From Psammoneis japonica (taxonomy: Eukaryota): a DNA stretch of 64,000 nucleotides. The stretch spans positions 1 to 64,000 of the forward strand of contig QPGO01000242.1 in the NCBI GenBank assembly GCA_008632985.1. Direction: 5' to 3'. Numbering within the stretch: position 1 is the stretch's first letter; each line of letters begins with the position of its first letter. The notes beneath the pieces were generated by a model. The model searched no databases. It had not been told where the DNA came from and was given only the letters and a program-made list of their open reading frames with translations. Shown here piece after piece: positions 1 through 11,629 of the stretch. A program made the position numbers and the translations under genes.

Positions 1-210
1 ATCTTGCCCAGCACTTGATGCACGCTCTTAATTGTGGCATTCACTTGCTTGCGGATTTCGTGTGCAGCAGTTTGGCGGGCTCAATTTGTGTGGTCAAGGA
101 CGTTTTCTGACCATTTTGTCTTGACAATCCTGCGGCAGTTGTGAGCTCCTTTGTGGATTTTTTTTGCACTTCAACCATCTTTTAGTTGGATTTTGATCAT
201 TGTTTGGGCG

Positions 211-735
211 TCATTTTGTCATTCCGAAGGCACTGCTTTTGTGCACCAAGTGGATGAGTGTCCATTTTTTGTGCGTGTGTTTTGTTTCTGAATCTTTGGC
301 ACATCTCGTGTGTTGACATGATGCATTTTTTTGTGTCTTGCCTCGCACATTGAACATTGCAACCATGCAGGTGCAGTGAGGTTGTCTTTTGTGCCAGTGT
401 GAAGTGGGTGCATGTGATGCACACCAGCCTGTCACTGTTTTTTTCTGACCATCCTTTCTCAAGACAATTTTGTCCTTGTGAAATGAGCACTTTTTTTGAC
501 CTTGCTCATTTTGTCATTCCCAAGGCACTGCTTTTGTGCACCAAGTGGATGAGTGTCCATTTTTCTTGTGTGTGCTTTGTTTCTGAATCTTTGGCACATC
601 TCGTGTGTTGACATGATGCATTTTTTTGCATCTTGCCTTGCACATTGAACATTGCAACCACACAGGTGTTGTGAGATTGTCTTTTGTGCCAGTGTGAGTG
701 TGAAGTGGGTGCGTGTGATGCACACCAGTCTGTCG
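211..735. repeat. Degenerate ~295-bp tandem duplication, TpA-depleted
   Basis: tcattttgtcattcc(g/c)aaggcactgcttttgtgcaccaagtgg starts at 211 and again at 506. Confidence 0.85.
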
Positions 736-1018
736 CTGGGCCGCTCCGGAAAACATGAAAACACAAATTTTGGTCATCAATTGACACTCAGCGCTTCACA
801 TGATTTGTCACCATAAATTCATGTCTTTGTGTTTTCTGGAGCGACCCACTGTTTTTTTCTGACTGTCCTTTCTTGGCGCGATTTTGTCCTTGTGAAGTGA
901 GCATTTTTTTTTCATCTCGCTCTGAAGAGCATCTACATTCTTCACAGGTGTGGGCCCAATGTCACACGGAGTCCCACCCAGGACTAGAAAACCCATCAAG
1001 AGAACAGCAAAAGAGTGG

Positions 1019-1577
1019 GAGCTTGGGTGGAGAACAAGGTGGGGCTGAAGGATCCAAGATGAGAGAAAGGGGGTGGGACAGGGTGGCGCCAACTCTGTGT
1101 GGTCGTTCTGTCCTTCACACGCATCCACGGCTGTGGTGCAATTGACACACAAATGATGTGTGATTGCAGACATGTGCACAACAGTCGAGTGTGATGCAAT
1201 TGGCAGTTGTGCCGAGTTGGCGAATGAAGCGTGGACTCAAGGATGGCAACGAGAAAGCGCGAGAGCTTGGGTGGAGAACAAGGTGGGGCTGAATGATCGA
1301 AAATGAGAAAGGGGTGGGAGACAGGGTGGCATCGACTCTGTGTGGTTGTTCTGTCCTTCACACGCATCTGTGACTGTGGTGCAATTGACACACAAATGAT
1401 GTGTGGCTGCAGACATGCGCACAAGAGTCGGGTGTGATGCAGTTGGCAGTTGTGCCGAGTTGGTGAAGGAAGCAGCAGACTCAAGGAGGGCAATGAGAGA
1501 GCGTGAGAGCTTGGGTGGAGAACAAGGTGGGACTGAAGGATCGAAGATGAGAAAGGGGGTGGGACAGGGTGGCATCG
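1019..1577. repeat. 244-bp tandem repeat (~2.3 copies), TpA-depleted
   Basis: gagcttgggtggagaacaaggtggg at 1019, 1263 and 1507. Confidence 0.9.
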
Positions 1578-2086
1578 GCAGGATGGCGAAAGGAGGTTGT
1601 GCGAAGTTGGGTTTATGAGCAATCGTTTTAAGAAAGAAGAAATGATCAATTTTTCAAATTGGACACTGCTGCGTGCTGAAAAATTTCACCGGATTGGAAA
1701 CAATACAGAACCTTAAAAATCGTATGCATGTAATAAAATTTATATCATTATTCTTAATGCTCTCTGAAGTTAAATCCTGATAGTAATCGAACATACGTAG
1801 ACTTTATACCACCAAAATAACGTCTTTTTCTATGACCGTTAGATTCCCGCTATTCACCATTCCAGCACAATTCCTTCAGTCCGGCTTCCCGCGCTTTTCT
1901 CTCCTTCACAAAGAGCGAAAAGAAGAAAAGCTTGCTGACACCGCGACCATTCTGAATTCTACTTGTATGAACACATCGTCGCTGAACTGGTCTCTATCTT
2001 GTCGGTTTGGATTGTAACACATTCTTTCAGGCACTCCGAACTCCGAAGGCTCTTTTCAAGAAAGTGATAGTCGTTTTTCTCGGGCA

Positions 2087-4690
2087 ATGAACTCGACCAT
2101 TTCGGTGCAAGGTGGGGAGGTGTTTCGCGGAGAGAGCATCGCGGGTCGGCCTGAATGCTCTTCAATAAAGGAGAAGAAGTCCATGGAAGAGCCCCAATTT
2201 TGCGAAAGTATCAACCGAAAAAAAGGCTTCGAATCCGGCTTTAACCGTTGTTCCTCAAGGCCGCAATCTCTCGTGCAACAGGATGCAAAAGGCGAAGACA
2301 GTATTCCTCCTCCTTCTTCTCCACCACCACCAGACCCTAAAGGGTTATCTATACATACGGAAGGTTACTACGAGGACGATTTCGAAGTGGGTGTAGCAGA
2401 AGCTGTCAGTAGAAAAGTCGACGCAGATGATGAGTTTGAAGCAGAGATCGCTGCCATACTTGCACGTCGTTCAACCAAGTCACGAAAGAAGGATTTTGGA
2501 AGCCTAAGTCCAGCCAAAAATCGATACAAGGCTGCTCTACGTCCCACTTTGCCGACTGCTGCAGGCAGGCATAAAGTGCTGAGCCGTCACCCGGGAGCAA
2601 CTCAACCCTTATTACCAAGCCACGTCGATGTCTCGGATGGAAGCAAGAGGAACGCGGTGATGGCTAGCGAAAAAGTGATCGGAGGAGAGACGAAATCAGA
2701 AGTGGTTATGCCTGAAGACGAAAACCTCGGAGTACCTCAAGTATCTTACCACAAGGGCGACGTGACAAAGTCGCAGCATGGTTTAGACAACGTGAATGCG
2801 AAGCAGGCGCAAGATCTTGGTTCAATCGTCGTGGATGGTTCCGAAAGGCCGATTGCTCCGGAACCTAAACCCGTGCAGCAACATTGTCTATCTCCGAAGT
2901 CCGCTACGGATCTTGACATTACACCCAAGCAGACAAGAACTATGACCCCAGAAGATGATAGAAGACATGCATCGTCGCCAGTCGAACTAGTCTCATCTCC
3001 TCGAGACGCGAAAACAGCATCAACACCACCAGTCTCACCCTCCGAGTCAGATCTGAGTCCAGTTTCTGTTAATGATGTCCCTTGCATGTTTATTGCAAAT
3101 GAAACACAGCGTCGAGCCTGTGCTGTATCTCCCATGGAAGGCACAAGGCACAGGAGCATTGCCTGTGAACGTGATACCCCATTCCTACCCAAGATCACGG
3201 AAGCTTCCACTGGGCCAGAAACGCCTGTCCCACCTCCGAATACAATCGAGGCATCAACTCAGAAGTTAGTACATGAAGAACACATTGCTGCCAGTATTTT
3301 CAAAGATACCAAAGATGCCAAAACCGGCATCTCTTTCAAGCGCGGCCCAAACGGGTCGACGTATGTTTCCAAGATTGCCGAAGGGGGGTTGTTTTCGCAA
3401 ACTGCTCTTCAGGCTGGCCACAGAATTGTAAGGGTAAACAACAAGGACTGCCAAAACCAAGATACTCAGAAAATTGCAATAACGGTTCGCCGAGCTGTGG
3501 GGGTTCTGACACTTGTTGCGATTGGGACACCCGCTGCTTCGGCCGACCGTCCTCGTGATTCAAAGTCAAACAAAAGCCACAAGAGCTCCAAGAGTGCCAA
3601 CAAGTTAAATCAACCTGGGAAATCAAGAAAGAGCTTGAAGAATCAGAAGAAGAAAAGAGTCACAAAGCTGCATCGCGTGCTTCCGATTCTCCAGAAGGTT
3701 CTGGCACGTCCGTGTCTGAAAAATCTCTCTCATCCACTTCAAGCGACTTCACGACAACGACCGTCAACTGTTGTGAAGCGAGCAGCTCGTGTTTGAGCAG
3801 TACTTCGTCTACAGAAGATTCTGAAATGAGCGACAAAAGCGAAGCTTATCAGCACTCTATCAATGCCGGAGTTTTGTGGTCCACACTGGTTGGTCAGCAT
3901 GTTCGTTTCCCTACAACGTGGTTCGATGGAGCGAGATCACCGCATATGGGTGTGTCTAATGTCCTCAACAAGCGAGGTGAAAAGGTTCCTCAACACAATT
4001 GGATGTACATTGCAAGGGACAGTTTTGCCTCTGAGGCTCTTCTCAATCAATTTGTACCCGACAGCACATCTCCGGGACGGCTTTTGCTACATATCGTGTT
4101 GCGAGACGAGAAGTGGCAGCCTGTACAAGATGTCGCGACTGGTTGCTATCACCCCTTCTCACGCGACTTGAATGACGGAGATGGGAAGGAAGAACGGAAT
4201 GAAGATGCCCGGATTCTTTGGATGGCAATTCGTAGGAGAACTGGTCATCGTGCAGTAAAAACTTCTCTTGTCGACCCGATTCTGGCTAGCGAATGTAGTC
4301 TTCAAGACGTTGCCACTTCGTCACCTCTAGAAGATGGCCGTCGGTGCTGCAACCAGTACCTTAGGGCGGTAAGTAGAATTATCATTGTTTGGGAAGTAGC
4401 CTTGGAGAAGCAAGCTTCTGACGTTTCATTTTCTTGTCATGCCCACAAAAGCTTTTCGGCCACCTCCCACCAGAGAAAACTATATTTATTCTCGAGACTG
4501 AGCTTGTAAAACGAGTTCGTGCACAAAGGACTAGAGAATATATTACGGATTTTAAGCCAATCACCCTCTTGCTGTTAGAGATGTTCCTGGTAAGTCAGCC
4601 ATGCTTGTGTCGCCAATGTTTCAATGCTTCTCTCCTTACCAACTCGTTACTCTTCTGTCTTCCGAGTAGGAGTCTAGCGTAGAAGTATAA
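2087..4690 (+). CDS. PDZ-domain protein with long low-complexity N-terminus and conserved-looking C-terminal domain; apparent frameshift near 3540-3650
   Basis: ORF 2087-3796 contains a PDZ-like segment (FKDTKDAKTGISFKRGPNGSTYVSKIAEGGLFSQTALQAGHRIVRVNN, ~3280-3525). A second frame open from 3559 reads ...AGVLWSTLVGQHVRFPTTWFDGARSPHMG.... GT-AG introns 4369-4451 and 4590-4669 restore frame to stop TAA at 4690. Could be two genes; start codon uncertain. Confidence 0.65.
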
Positions 4691-4878
4691 GTATGCGAGT
4701 CGAATCAAAGAATAACAGTGCGCAGAATTTTGAGTGGTTTCGGCTAAAAATGTTGATAAGATGATCTCAAGCTTCTCGTTGTAATTGAAACCGAGTTCTT
4801 TAGTTTGTAAGAAACTAAATTGCAGTAGCTTTGACGAGTTTCTATCCCTTACTTTAATTTCAGTCAAAGAAAGATTTC

Positions 4879-5364
4879 TCACATTCGGAACTTTCCCCAG
4901 ATATGCAAAAGAACCACAACCCCAACAAAGCTGAGAGAAGCAACTAGAACTGTCGTGGGACCAACTTGGAGACCGGGACTATCATCGGTGTAAAACTGAA
5001 GAATATTGTTTGCATTGCCGGCCCGAGCTCCTCCAGCGCCACCACTACCAGCGGATCTTGTTGCAGCACGTCGTTGTGTAGCCTGAAATTGCAAGTAAGT
5101 AGAGACAAGCGTGAGATCATGTAGTAAACAGTAAAACAAGCTGCTCCTTTTCAAGAGTTGATGGGATATGAGCACAAATCACAAAATGCCTCAAAAATTC
5201 AGAAGAGACCGTCAATAGCGACACCATCTTGGACAGCATCAGAAGCGCAAACTATGCAAACACATCAAATTTCTTTATGTCTTCAGCTTGAGCAACAGGT
5301 ACAGTACGACAAGAAGTGGTTGTGTCTTCGATCTGTTTCAATGCGCCGCCGCGATGCTCACCAT
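4879..5364 (-). CDS. SEC61B: Protein transport protein Sec61 subunit beta
   Basis: LQFYTDDSPGLQVGPTTVLVASLSFVGVVVLLHIWGK is the Sec61beta signature. First coding exon is only ATG (5364-5362), then GTGAG intron 5361-5083 ending ttgcaatttcag, giving MATQRRAATRSAG.... Confidence 0.95.
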
Positions 5365-5663
5365 CGTGTGTCGACCTGTTTGGTTTTTTGTGCTGGCTTC
5401 AGATGACCGGACGTAAAACCCTTACGGATGAGCTTCGTATGTACAATGTACGTGCTTTGGATACTGTCGCAACCAATCTCTGGACGCGTGGTTTCGCGCG
5501 CGCAAACCCAATTTCGATAGAGCTCGGACGCCTAAAGTTTATCCATACACACTTTTTCAGTTTCAGCCAACATCACCATGAGGAATGTGGAAGTAGCAGC
5601 GATCTCTAACGCCAAGATTACGTGTAGCGCCTAACTGCATTTCCCTTGATCAGTTTATTGCAA

Positions 5664-6188
5664 ATGCCTGCCCCGGTCGACATTATATTTCTCGATATTG
5701 ACGGCGTTTTGCTGCCTTTTGGTGAAGATACGGAGGTGAAATCTGAATGTGGTGCGATATTTCCGGATTCCACAATGGCAGCTCTCGATCATTTGCTTTC
5801 CTCATCGGGCGCATCGCTTGTACTATCATCAACATGGAGAGCACGATCGGATTTTGTAGCGCAAATTCTGGATAGTTTTAGAAAATATGGATCAGCACAT
5901 GGAAGCGGCGGTGTGGCTCGGGTGAATGAATTTTACAGTGTTACCGATTTGAACTATCATGGTGAAAGGCAGTGGGAAATCTACGGGTGGCTTCAGCAAC
6001 ACCAGGTGCGGGCATGGGTGGCGCTGGACGATGAAGACTTAGTGGAAGGGTACGAGAATTCTAGATACCGACAAGACTTTCTTGGACGGGCTATTCTCGT
6101 CGACAGCAAATTGGGTCTGACTATGCAGGACTCACATCGGGCCGTGTCTCTTATGAAAACCCAAGTTGACAACTACGCTGCAACGTGA
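5664..6188 (+). CDS. HAD-superfamily protein (resembles the HAD domain of Swiss Army Knife RNA-repair-like proteins)
   Basis: HAD motifs IIFLDIDGVL, LVLSSTWR and WVALDDEDL in a single-exon ORF. Confidence 0.85.
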   Translation: MPAPVDIIFLDIDGVLLPFGEDTEVKSECGAIFPDSTMAALDHLLSSSGASLVLSSTWRARSDFVAQILDSFRKYGSAHGSGGVARVNEFYSVTDLNYHGERQWEIYGWLQQHQVRAWVALDDEDLVEGYENSRYRQDFLGRAILVDSKLGLTMQDSHRAVSLMKTQVDNYAAT

Positions 6189-6592
6189 GTTGTTGTTCTT
6201 CTCTATTGTGCCTTTTAAAAGTCGTATCCGACAATAAGGCTGCAACTTGTTGAAGCATGGCAATTCCGCTCCGTTCTCGACTGGCAATGTACTCGTGAAA
6301 TTTATGATAAAAGAGACTTCCCTCGTCGCATTAGAGGCTTTCGTCCTGCTTCAAGATACTGTGGTTAAGGTTGTAGGAAACGTGGGAGGGTTGAATCAGT
6401 TTACAATTATTGTCACTCCACCTAATTCATGATTCATCAGTTTGCAACCCAGGTCTCCGAGAATGGAAAGTGTTTCATGCAGAACTAGTTCGGTGTTGTA
6501 CTTTCCCTCTAGTGCTATTTTTTCCCTCTAGTATTATTATAATCATTAATAATCTAAAGACAAAACAATAGCTACATACCGAATGTACTCCT

Positions 6593-7769
6593 ATGGATAG
6601 CGCAGTCAGTTCGATTCAGATTTCCACGTGTAACTCCTCGCATGCGCGTATCAGCGCGATATCTTATCCGCCGCGCGATCATCACATTTCTTGCGCGACG
6701 AGGCACCATGGCCGGGTTGCAAAAAGCAAAAAGCTCAGAAGCGAAGAAGCCGAAAGCGTGGTGAGGCAAAACAGATACGCAATAGACGCCATGGATATGA
6801 AAAGCGTATGGAACGTCATCCCCGGTGATGGGAGAAATGTAGACGAAGAAAATAACAGCAACGAGACTTCTGACAATGGCGAAAAGAACGGAGTATCTTC
6901 TACATCTGCAAAAGATTACTGGCGCCTGCTTGCGGCTGAAACCAATGCGGCAAATCGACAGCGTACTGCTAGCGCAATCGTTCGGTCAGCTGCAGCAAAA
7001 CGAGAGAAAGATATGGCGAGATTGGAAACCCATCAGGAGCCCTCTCTTAAAATGGCAGCTGCAGCGCAATCCTTGGCTATGATGCCCAATGCCAATGACG
7101 GCAGTTTCGCCAATGCTTCAACATACGGAAATTGCAAGTGGTGCGGAGCCATACTATCGGAATCTGATAGTCCTGGAATATGCAAGCTGTGCAATGAACC
7201 GTTGGAATTTGTAGCCTCGGGAAAGCCAAAAGCGAAGCCCAGAAACAAATCAGAAATAAAGCGTGCGCGACGCCACACCAAGCGAAGAGGACAGCATGTA
7301 GCCATGGACCAGCATGTTGACCAGCGCAAGGTGGCAGCCTCAATTGCCAAGGTCAACCAAGCAAGTGGCGGGAAGAATGATAAAGCAGCTGCATTAGCGG
7401 CAGCGATTCAGCGCGGTATAACTGTTCGTCCTTCTGGAAAGTGGGTAAGTTTTGCTTTCGAGTCTTCCTCCACGCGTTCATGTTATTCGAGGCGCTAACT
7501 CTGCTGCATTTCATTGTCTACAGCAAGCGCAACTATACTTTGAAGGAAAATCCCGATACATTGGAGTATTCGACAGTCAAGCAAAAGCGACACTGGCTTA
7601 CGAGATTGTACGAGAAAAACTCAAGTCAGGCGCCAAGCAGGGTGAGGGCAGATACACGGCAGAGGAAGCTAGAGCTGCTATGGATGCAGCTCGAAAAGCT
7701 GCCTTTGAGGGAGTCAATGAGAAGTCTCTGTCTAGTTCGTCTAATGAAGAGCCCTCCAACGATCCATAA
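6593..7769 (+). CDS. AP2/ERF-domain transcription factor with a CxxC-CxxC motif
   Basis: RGITVRPSGKW|QAQLYFEGKSRYIGVFDSQAKATLAYE after removing GT-AG intron 7445-7523. CKWCG...CKLC at ~7135-7195. Start could be 6593 or a downstream ATG. Confidence 0.88.
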
Positions 7770-8271
7770 TGTTTTGCTTTCGATATTTGACTCGGGGCTC
7801 TCCGACCTTTTGGCTAGGACGAGAAGTGATATAATACGGCTGCAGTGCTATCTTGCGTCTCATTGCACTCTCACTGACTATGGAGAGCTTGCTACCCGGG
7901 CTTTGCCACCCACACTCTTGGCATGAGACTTGTCGAAAAAGATCCGTGAAATCAAGATATTCAGGTGACAATGCTTGATTATGTCACTGACCGAAACTAT
8001 GCTGAAATTCCAGTTGAGGAGCACTTTATTATCAGTGTACTTCGACTCTTCCCATTATGATCCTGCTATTTAAAGCTATCTGTGCTAATAAAAATCTTAC
8101 CGGTAGACCTCCTTGGAGCATGTAGCGCAAGAATCCGATTTCAGCATGCCGAATTCCAAACAATTAACGCATCCGAAATTTCACCGACATTGAGACATTC
8201 AGATTCTCTCCTTTTCTTGCCTTTACTACCCACCAGTTAGATACTGATCACGATAATATGTGCTATGCTCT

Positions 8272-9281
8272 TTACTTCCTCTTCCCAAGAGCTGCTCCAC
8301 CGAACATGTTGTTGAACATGCCGCCCCACATTGCTTTGATCTTTTCTTGATTTGCCTCTCGGATTTCTTCATCACTCATGGCTTCTTCTGGACTTGATCC
8401 AACGCTTTCTTGTTCCTTTCTCCGCTCTTCTTCCTCACGGGCACGCCTTTCCTCTCGCTCCTTCTTAAACGTCGCTTCTCGTTCCTCCTTCCTGTTCTTG
8501 CATGTATCTTCTATACACTTTTTCTTGAATCGGATCCCTTTGAGCGGCTTGTGCCCGCTCACGTACTCGTGCGGCCTCCTCCCTGTCGCCCATGTCGGAC
8601 ACTCTCTTTTTTCCTTTCCGTTGTTTTCCCGACAGCCCAGGGATGCCCCAGTCACCAGATAAGTTGTAAGTGCGACGTAATTCATCGTCTTTGAGCAAAG
8701 AAAATTAAAATAGTTTGTGAGATTTATTTGAATACTGCTTTAGACACAATGAAACATGGTGATAAAACACACTTACCTGATAAAGTTTTGTAGGCTTCGT
8801 TGAGCATCGCGAATCGGTTCTGCACTTGTGTCCTATACTCGGCTAGCTCCAGATTTACACCCTGGGTACGACGATGGACTTCCCATGCTTTCTGTACTAG
8901 TTCTGTCTTTTCAACCAAGTTTGATACCCCAACACGCTCTTGCTGCAAGTAACTTTTGAGTTGCTTAACGTTAAGGCTTTCTGGATCAAACCTCAGTTTT
9001 TCTACAAAGACGTCCGGATGCCACTCTCGCGCAAGCTTTCGATATTTTGCTTTAATTTCTGTTTTTTCTGCACTGCGAGTAACATTGAGGAGAAGGTAAA
9101 AGTCCTCATCGAATTCGAATTGATATCGAGCCATGCAACGTCCAGATCGTGCACCAGCACGTCTACTGTGTCGAGTCGATGCAAGCGGAGCAACAAACGC
9201 CAGAGACGATATGATGTTGAAGGAGATAATTGTTACCAGCAGATACAAAATCATCGTCAGTGATCCGTCTTTTCTCCTCAT
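8272..9281 (-). CDS. DnaJ (J-domain) protein, probably plastid-targeted; apparent 1-nt frameshift near 8490
   Basis: DFYLLLNV...EIKAKYRKLAREWHPD...RFAMLNEAYKTLS|DDELRRTYN after intron 8776-8689. Hydrophobic signal peptide ending SLA-FVAP resembles the diatom ASAFAP motif. The charged C-terminus continues in another frame to 8272. Confidence 0.85.
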
Positions 9282-9602
9282 GGTGACTAAACTGAGTTAA
9301 ATTTTTTGTGAAAGACTCTGATGTGGTTGCCGTTTGGAGTGATACTCCAAGGATGTTGTATGGTTGAATGCCATTAACATGGTAAAGCTTGGACGCAGAA
9401 AAGATTCTTCGCCGTGTTGGGTATTTTGTCGCGTGTGCAGTTTGAAGTTGCTGACGTCACCTCCATGAAACGTCTGCCTGCCTGCCGATCGTCGATCTTC
9501 ACGCAAGCCCTCCACCACAGAGAGATTGATTCGATTCATTCATTCGCACACCAACAGATCGCTCACCGCACGCACACAACTCCCAAACACGGATTGCCGA
9601 CC

Positions 9603-11189
9603 ATGGCCTCTTCGTTCACGTGCGCTCTCTCGGGCGAGCCCTTGAATCAAGTGACAGATGAGATCGTCGTAACTCCTTCGGGTCGTCTGTGTCGCAAGAG
9701 TTTGCTCCTGACAAAACTGGCTGAGAACGGAGGTACTGATCCCTTTGAGAAAGAGCGACCTCTGAGCTCGGATGATTTGATTACGGTGGATGTGAACCGA
9801 GTTATGCCGCCCCGTCCCTCCTCGACTTCTCTTGCTACCTTACTGGGTAGTATGCAGTCTGAATACGATGCTCTTGTGTTGGAATTGTTCGATACTCGCA
9901 AAGCTCTCGAGGAAACGCGTCGCGAGCTGAGTCAGGCTCTCTATCAGAACGATGCGTCAATTCGCGTTGTGGCCCGCCTTGCCATGGAACGGGATGTTGC
10001 CAGGCAAAAACTACAGGAGTGGAATGCGGATGCTGCAGCTGCTACTGCCGGTAGCGACACTGCTGCAGTGAGTGACGAACCGCAGGCCAAGAAGAGACGT
10101 GTCGAAGAGGAGGTAGCAAAAGACGAATCTGCAGCTTCTGGCTCTATTCCTCAAGTACACCTCGACGCCATGGTGTCGACGTGGCAGACACTATCAAAGG
10201 GTCGTAAGCAGACTCTCAAGTCTATGCCTGTCATTACAAAGGATGAATTGAACTCATACGAGCAACTCGATTCCAAGTCTTGGCATAAGACAAGAAGCAA
10301 GGCAGGCATCTTGGCGTCGGCCTCGTTCGAGAATTACATTGCTACCGCCGGTCGTGACAGGCAGATTTGTCTATACGACATGAAAGAAAAGGTATTGGTT
10401 CATACGATTACCAAATTGCCAGCATTTGTGTCCTGTTTGGATATTCAGACTGATGCAATTGTGAGTGGCAGCGTCGACGGTCGGGTCCGTCTGTACAAGG
10501 ATGGGGCTTTGCTAGATGAGTTGGATCTTTGCGGGGGCAACAAAAAGGATGCTGTTGTACATGTTCAGTTTCATCCTACCGGGAAGCACTTGCTTGCAAC
10601 AACCAAGAAAGGACGCGTTTCTCTATGTGCGTTGGAGCAAGACAAGCTTTCGGTTATTGCTTCCTTTTCTGCCGAGGATGAAAGTACCGAATACACCTGT
10701 GGTGCTCTCCATCCAGACGGATTGATTTATGGTGTAGGTACAAGCAAGGGACAAGTACATGTGTGGGATCTACGGTCACAGCAGTTGGCAAGCACTCTTG
10801 AGCAACAAGATCAAACGGATCCGCTCAAAAGTGTTTCGTTTAGCAACAACGGTTACCACGTTGCCACGTCTAACGGAAACGCAGTGGTTGTCTGGGATCT
10901 ACGTAAGCTCAAAGTGTTGGCGACTCTCGAGAAGGATGATGACAAGAGCGCGTCCATTGTCACTATGGATTTTGACGCCGCTGGAAAACATTTAGCATAT
11001 GGAGGCTCGACTGGTATTGTCGTAACAACCGTGAAAGAGTGGGGGGTGACTGCCACCTTTGCATCGGATCATGGCGTAACCAATATTTTGTGGACAAGGG
11101 ATGGAGTTATCGCCTCATGCAGCGACAAGGAGCGTGCGATTCGTTTTTACGGGACAAAGGATGGCGACGACAAGATGGAAGAAGAGTAA
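9603..11189 (+). CDS. PRP19: Pre-mRNA-processing factor 19 (U-box, coiled coil, WD40)
   Basis: FTCALSGEP...VVTPSG U-box; MQSEYDALVLELFDTRKALEETRRELSQALYQNDASIRVVARL Prp19 coiled coil; WD40 repeats (HPDGLIYGVG, VWDLR). Intact single exon. Confidence 0.97.
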   Translation: MASSFTCALSGEPLNQVTDEIVVTPSGRLCRKSLLLTKLAENGGTDPFEKERPLSSDDLITVDVNRVMPPRPSSTSLATLLGSMQSEYDALVLELFDTRKALEETRRELSQALYQNDASIRVVARLAMERDVARQKLQEWNADAAAATAGSDTAAVSDEPQAKKRRVEEEVAKDESAASGSIPQVHLDAMVSTWQTLSKGRKQTLKSMPVITKDELNSYEQLDSKSWHKTRSKAGILASASFENYIATAGRDRQICLYDMKEKVLVHTITKLPAFVSCLDIQTDAIVSGSVDGRVRLYKDGALLDELDLCGGNKKDAVVHVQFHPTGKHLLATTKKGRVSLCALEQDKLSVIASFSAEDESTEYTCGALHPDGLIYGVGTSKGQVHVWDLRSQQLASTLEQQDQTDPLKSVSFSNNGYHVATSNGNAVVVWDLRKLKVLATLEKDDDKSASIVTMDFDAAGKHLAYGGSTGIVVTTVKEWGVTATFASDHGVTNILWTRDGVIASCSDKERAIRFYGTKDGDDKMEEE

Positions 11190-11629
11190 TTCCGTCCGGT
11201 CTTTTCGAGGCTAACTCTTACGGGGCTTACGGGACTTACGGGACGACGCTAAGGGACACTTGCTTCGTAGAGTAATAACAAACATTTTTCTCCTCGGTGG
11301 TGATTTTGATGCCTGAATAGAGAAAGAGCATACTTTTTGTAACAGCAAGAGCCCGAAAATCAAAATAGTTTGCAGCACGCTGCTCAATCAATGCAGAATA
11401 AGCATAGGAGGCAGTGAACTACAACGCGGTGTGGGAGGAGAGCAGGACAGTCCGTTTTCTTATCACCACCTGTGGTGCGACATCGCCCAGAGAACGAATT
11501 CGAAATGCGACTTTGAAATGAACTTTTATGGTGAAGTGCCATCGAAAAAAACTGCAGTAAAGACGATGACTTTCAACTGGAGGCAGCAAATTTAACATGT
11601 CCCACCCAGGATTTCAATGGCACCACATG

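Noticed and set aside
9414..9602. N-terminal extension of PRP19 in the ORF track
   Set aside because: It uses a non-ATG start; Prp19 homology begins at ATG 9603.
11216..11244. Three copies of cttacggg(g/a) after the PRP19 stop
   Set aside because: Short microsatellite-like repeat with no further support for function.
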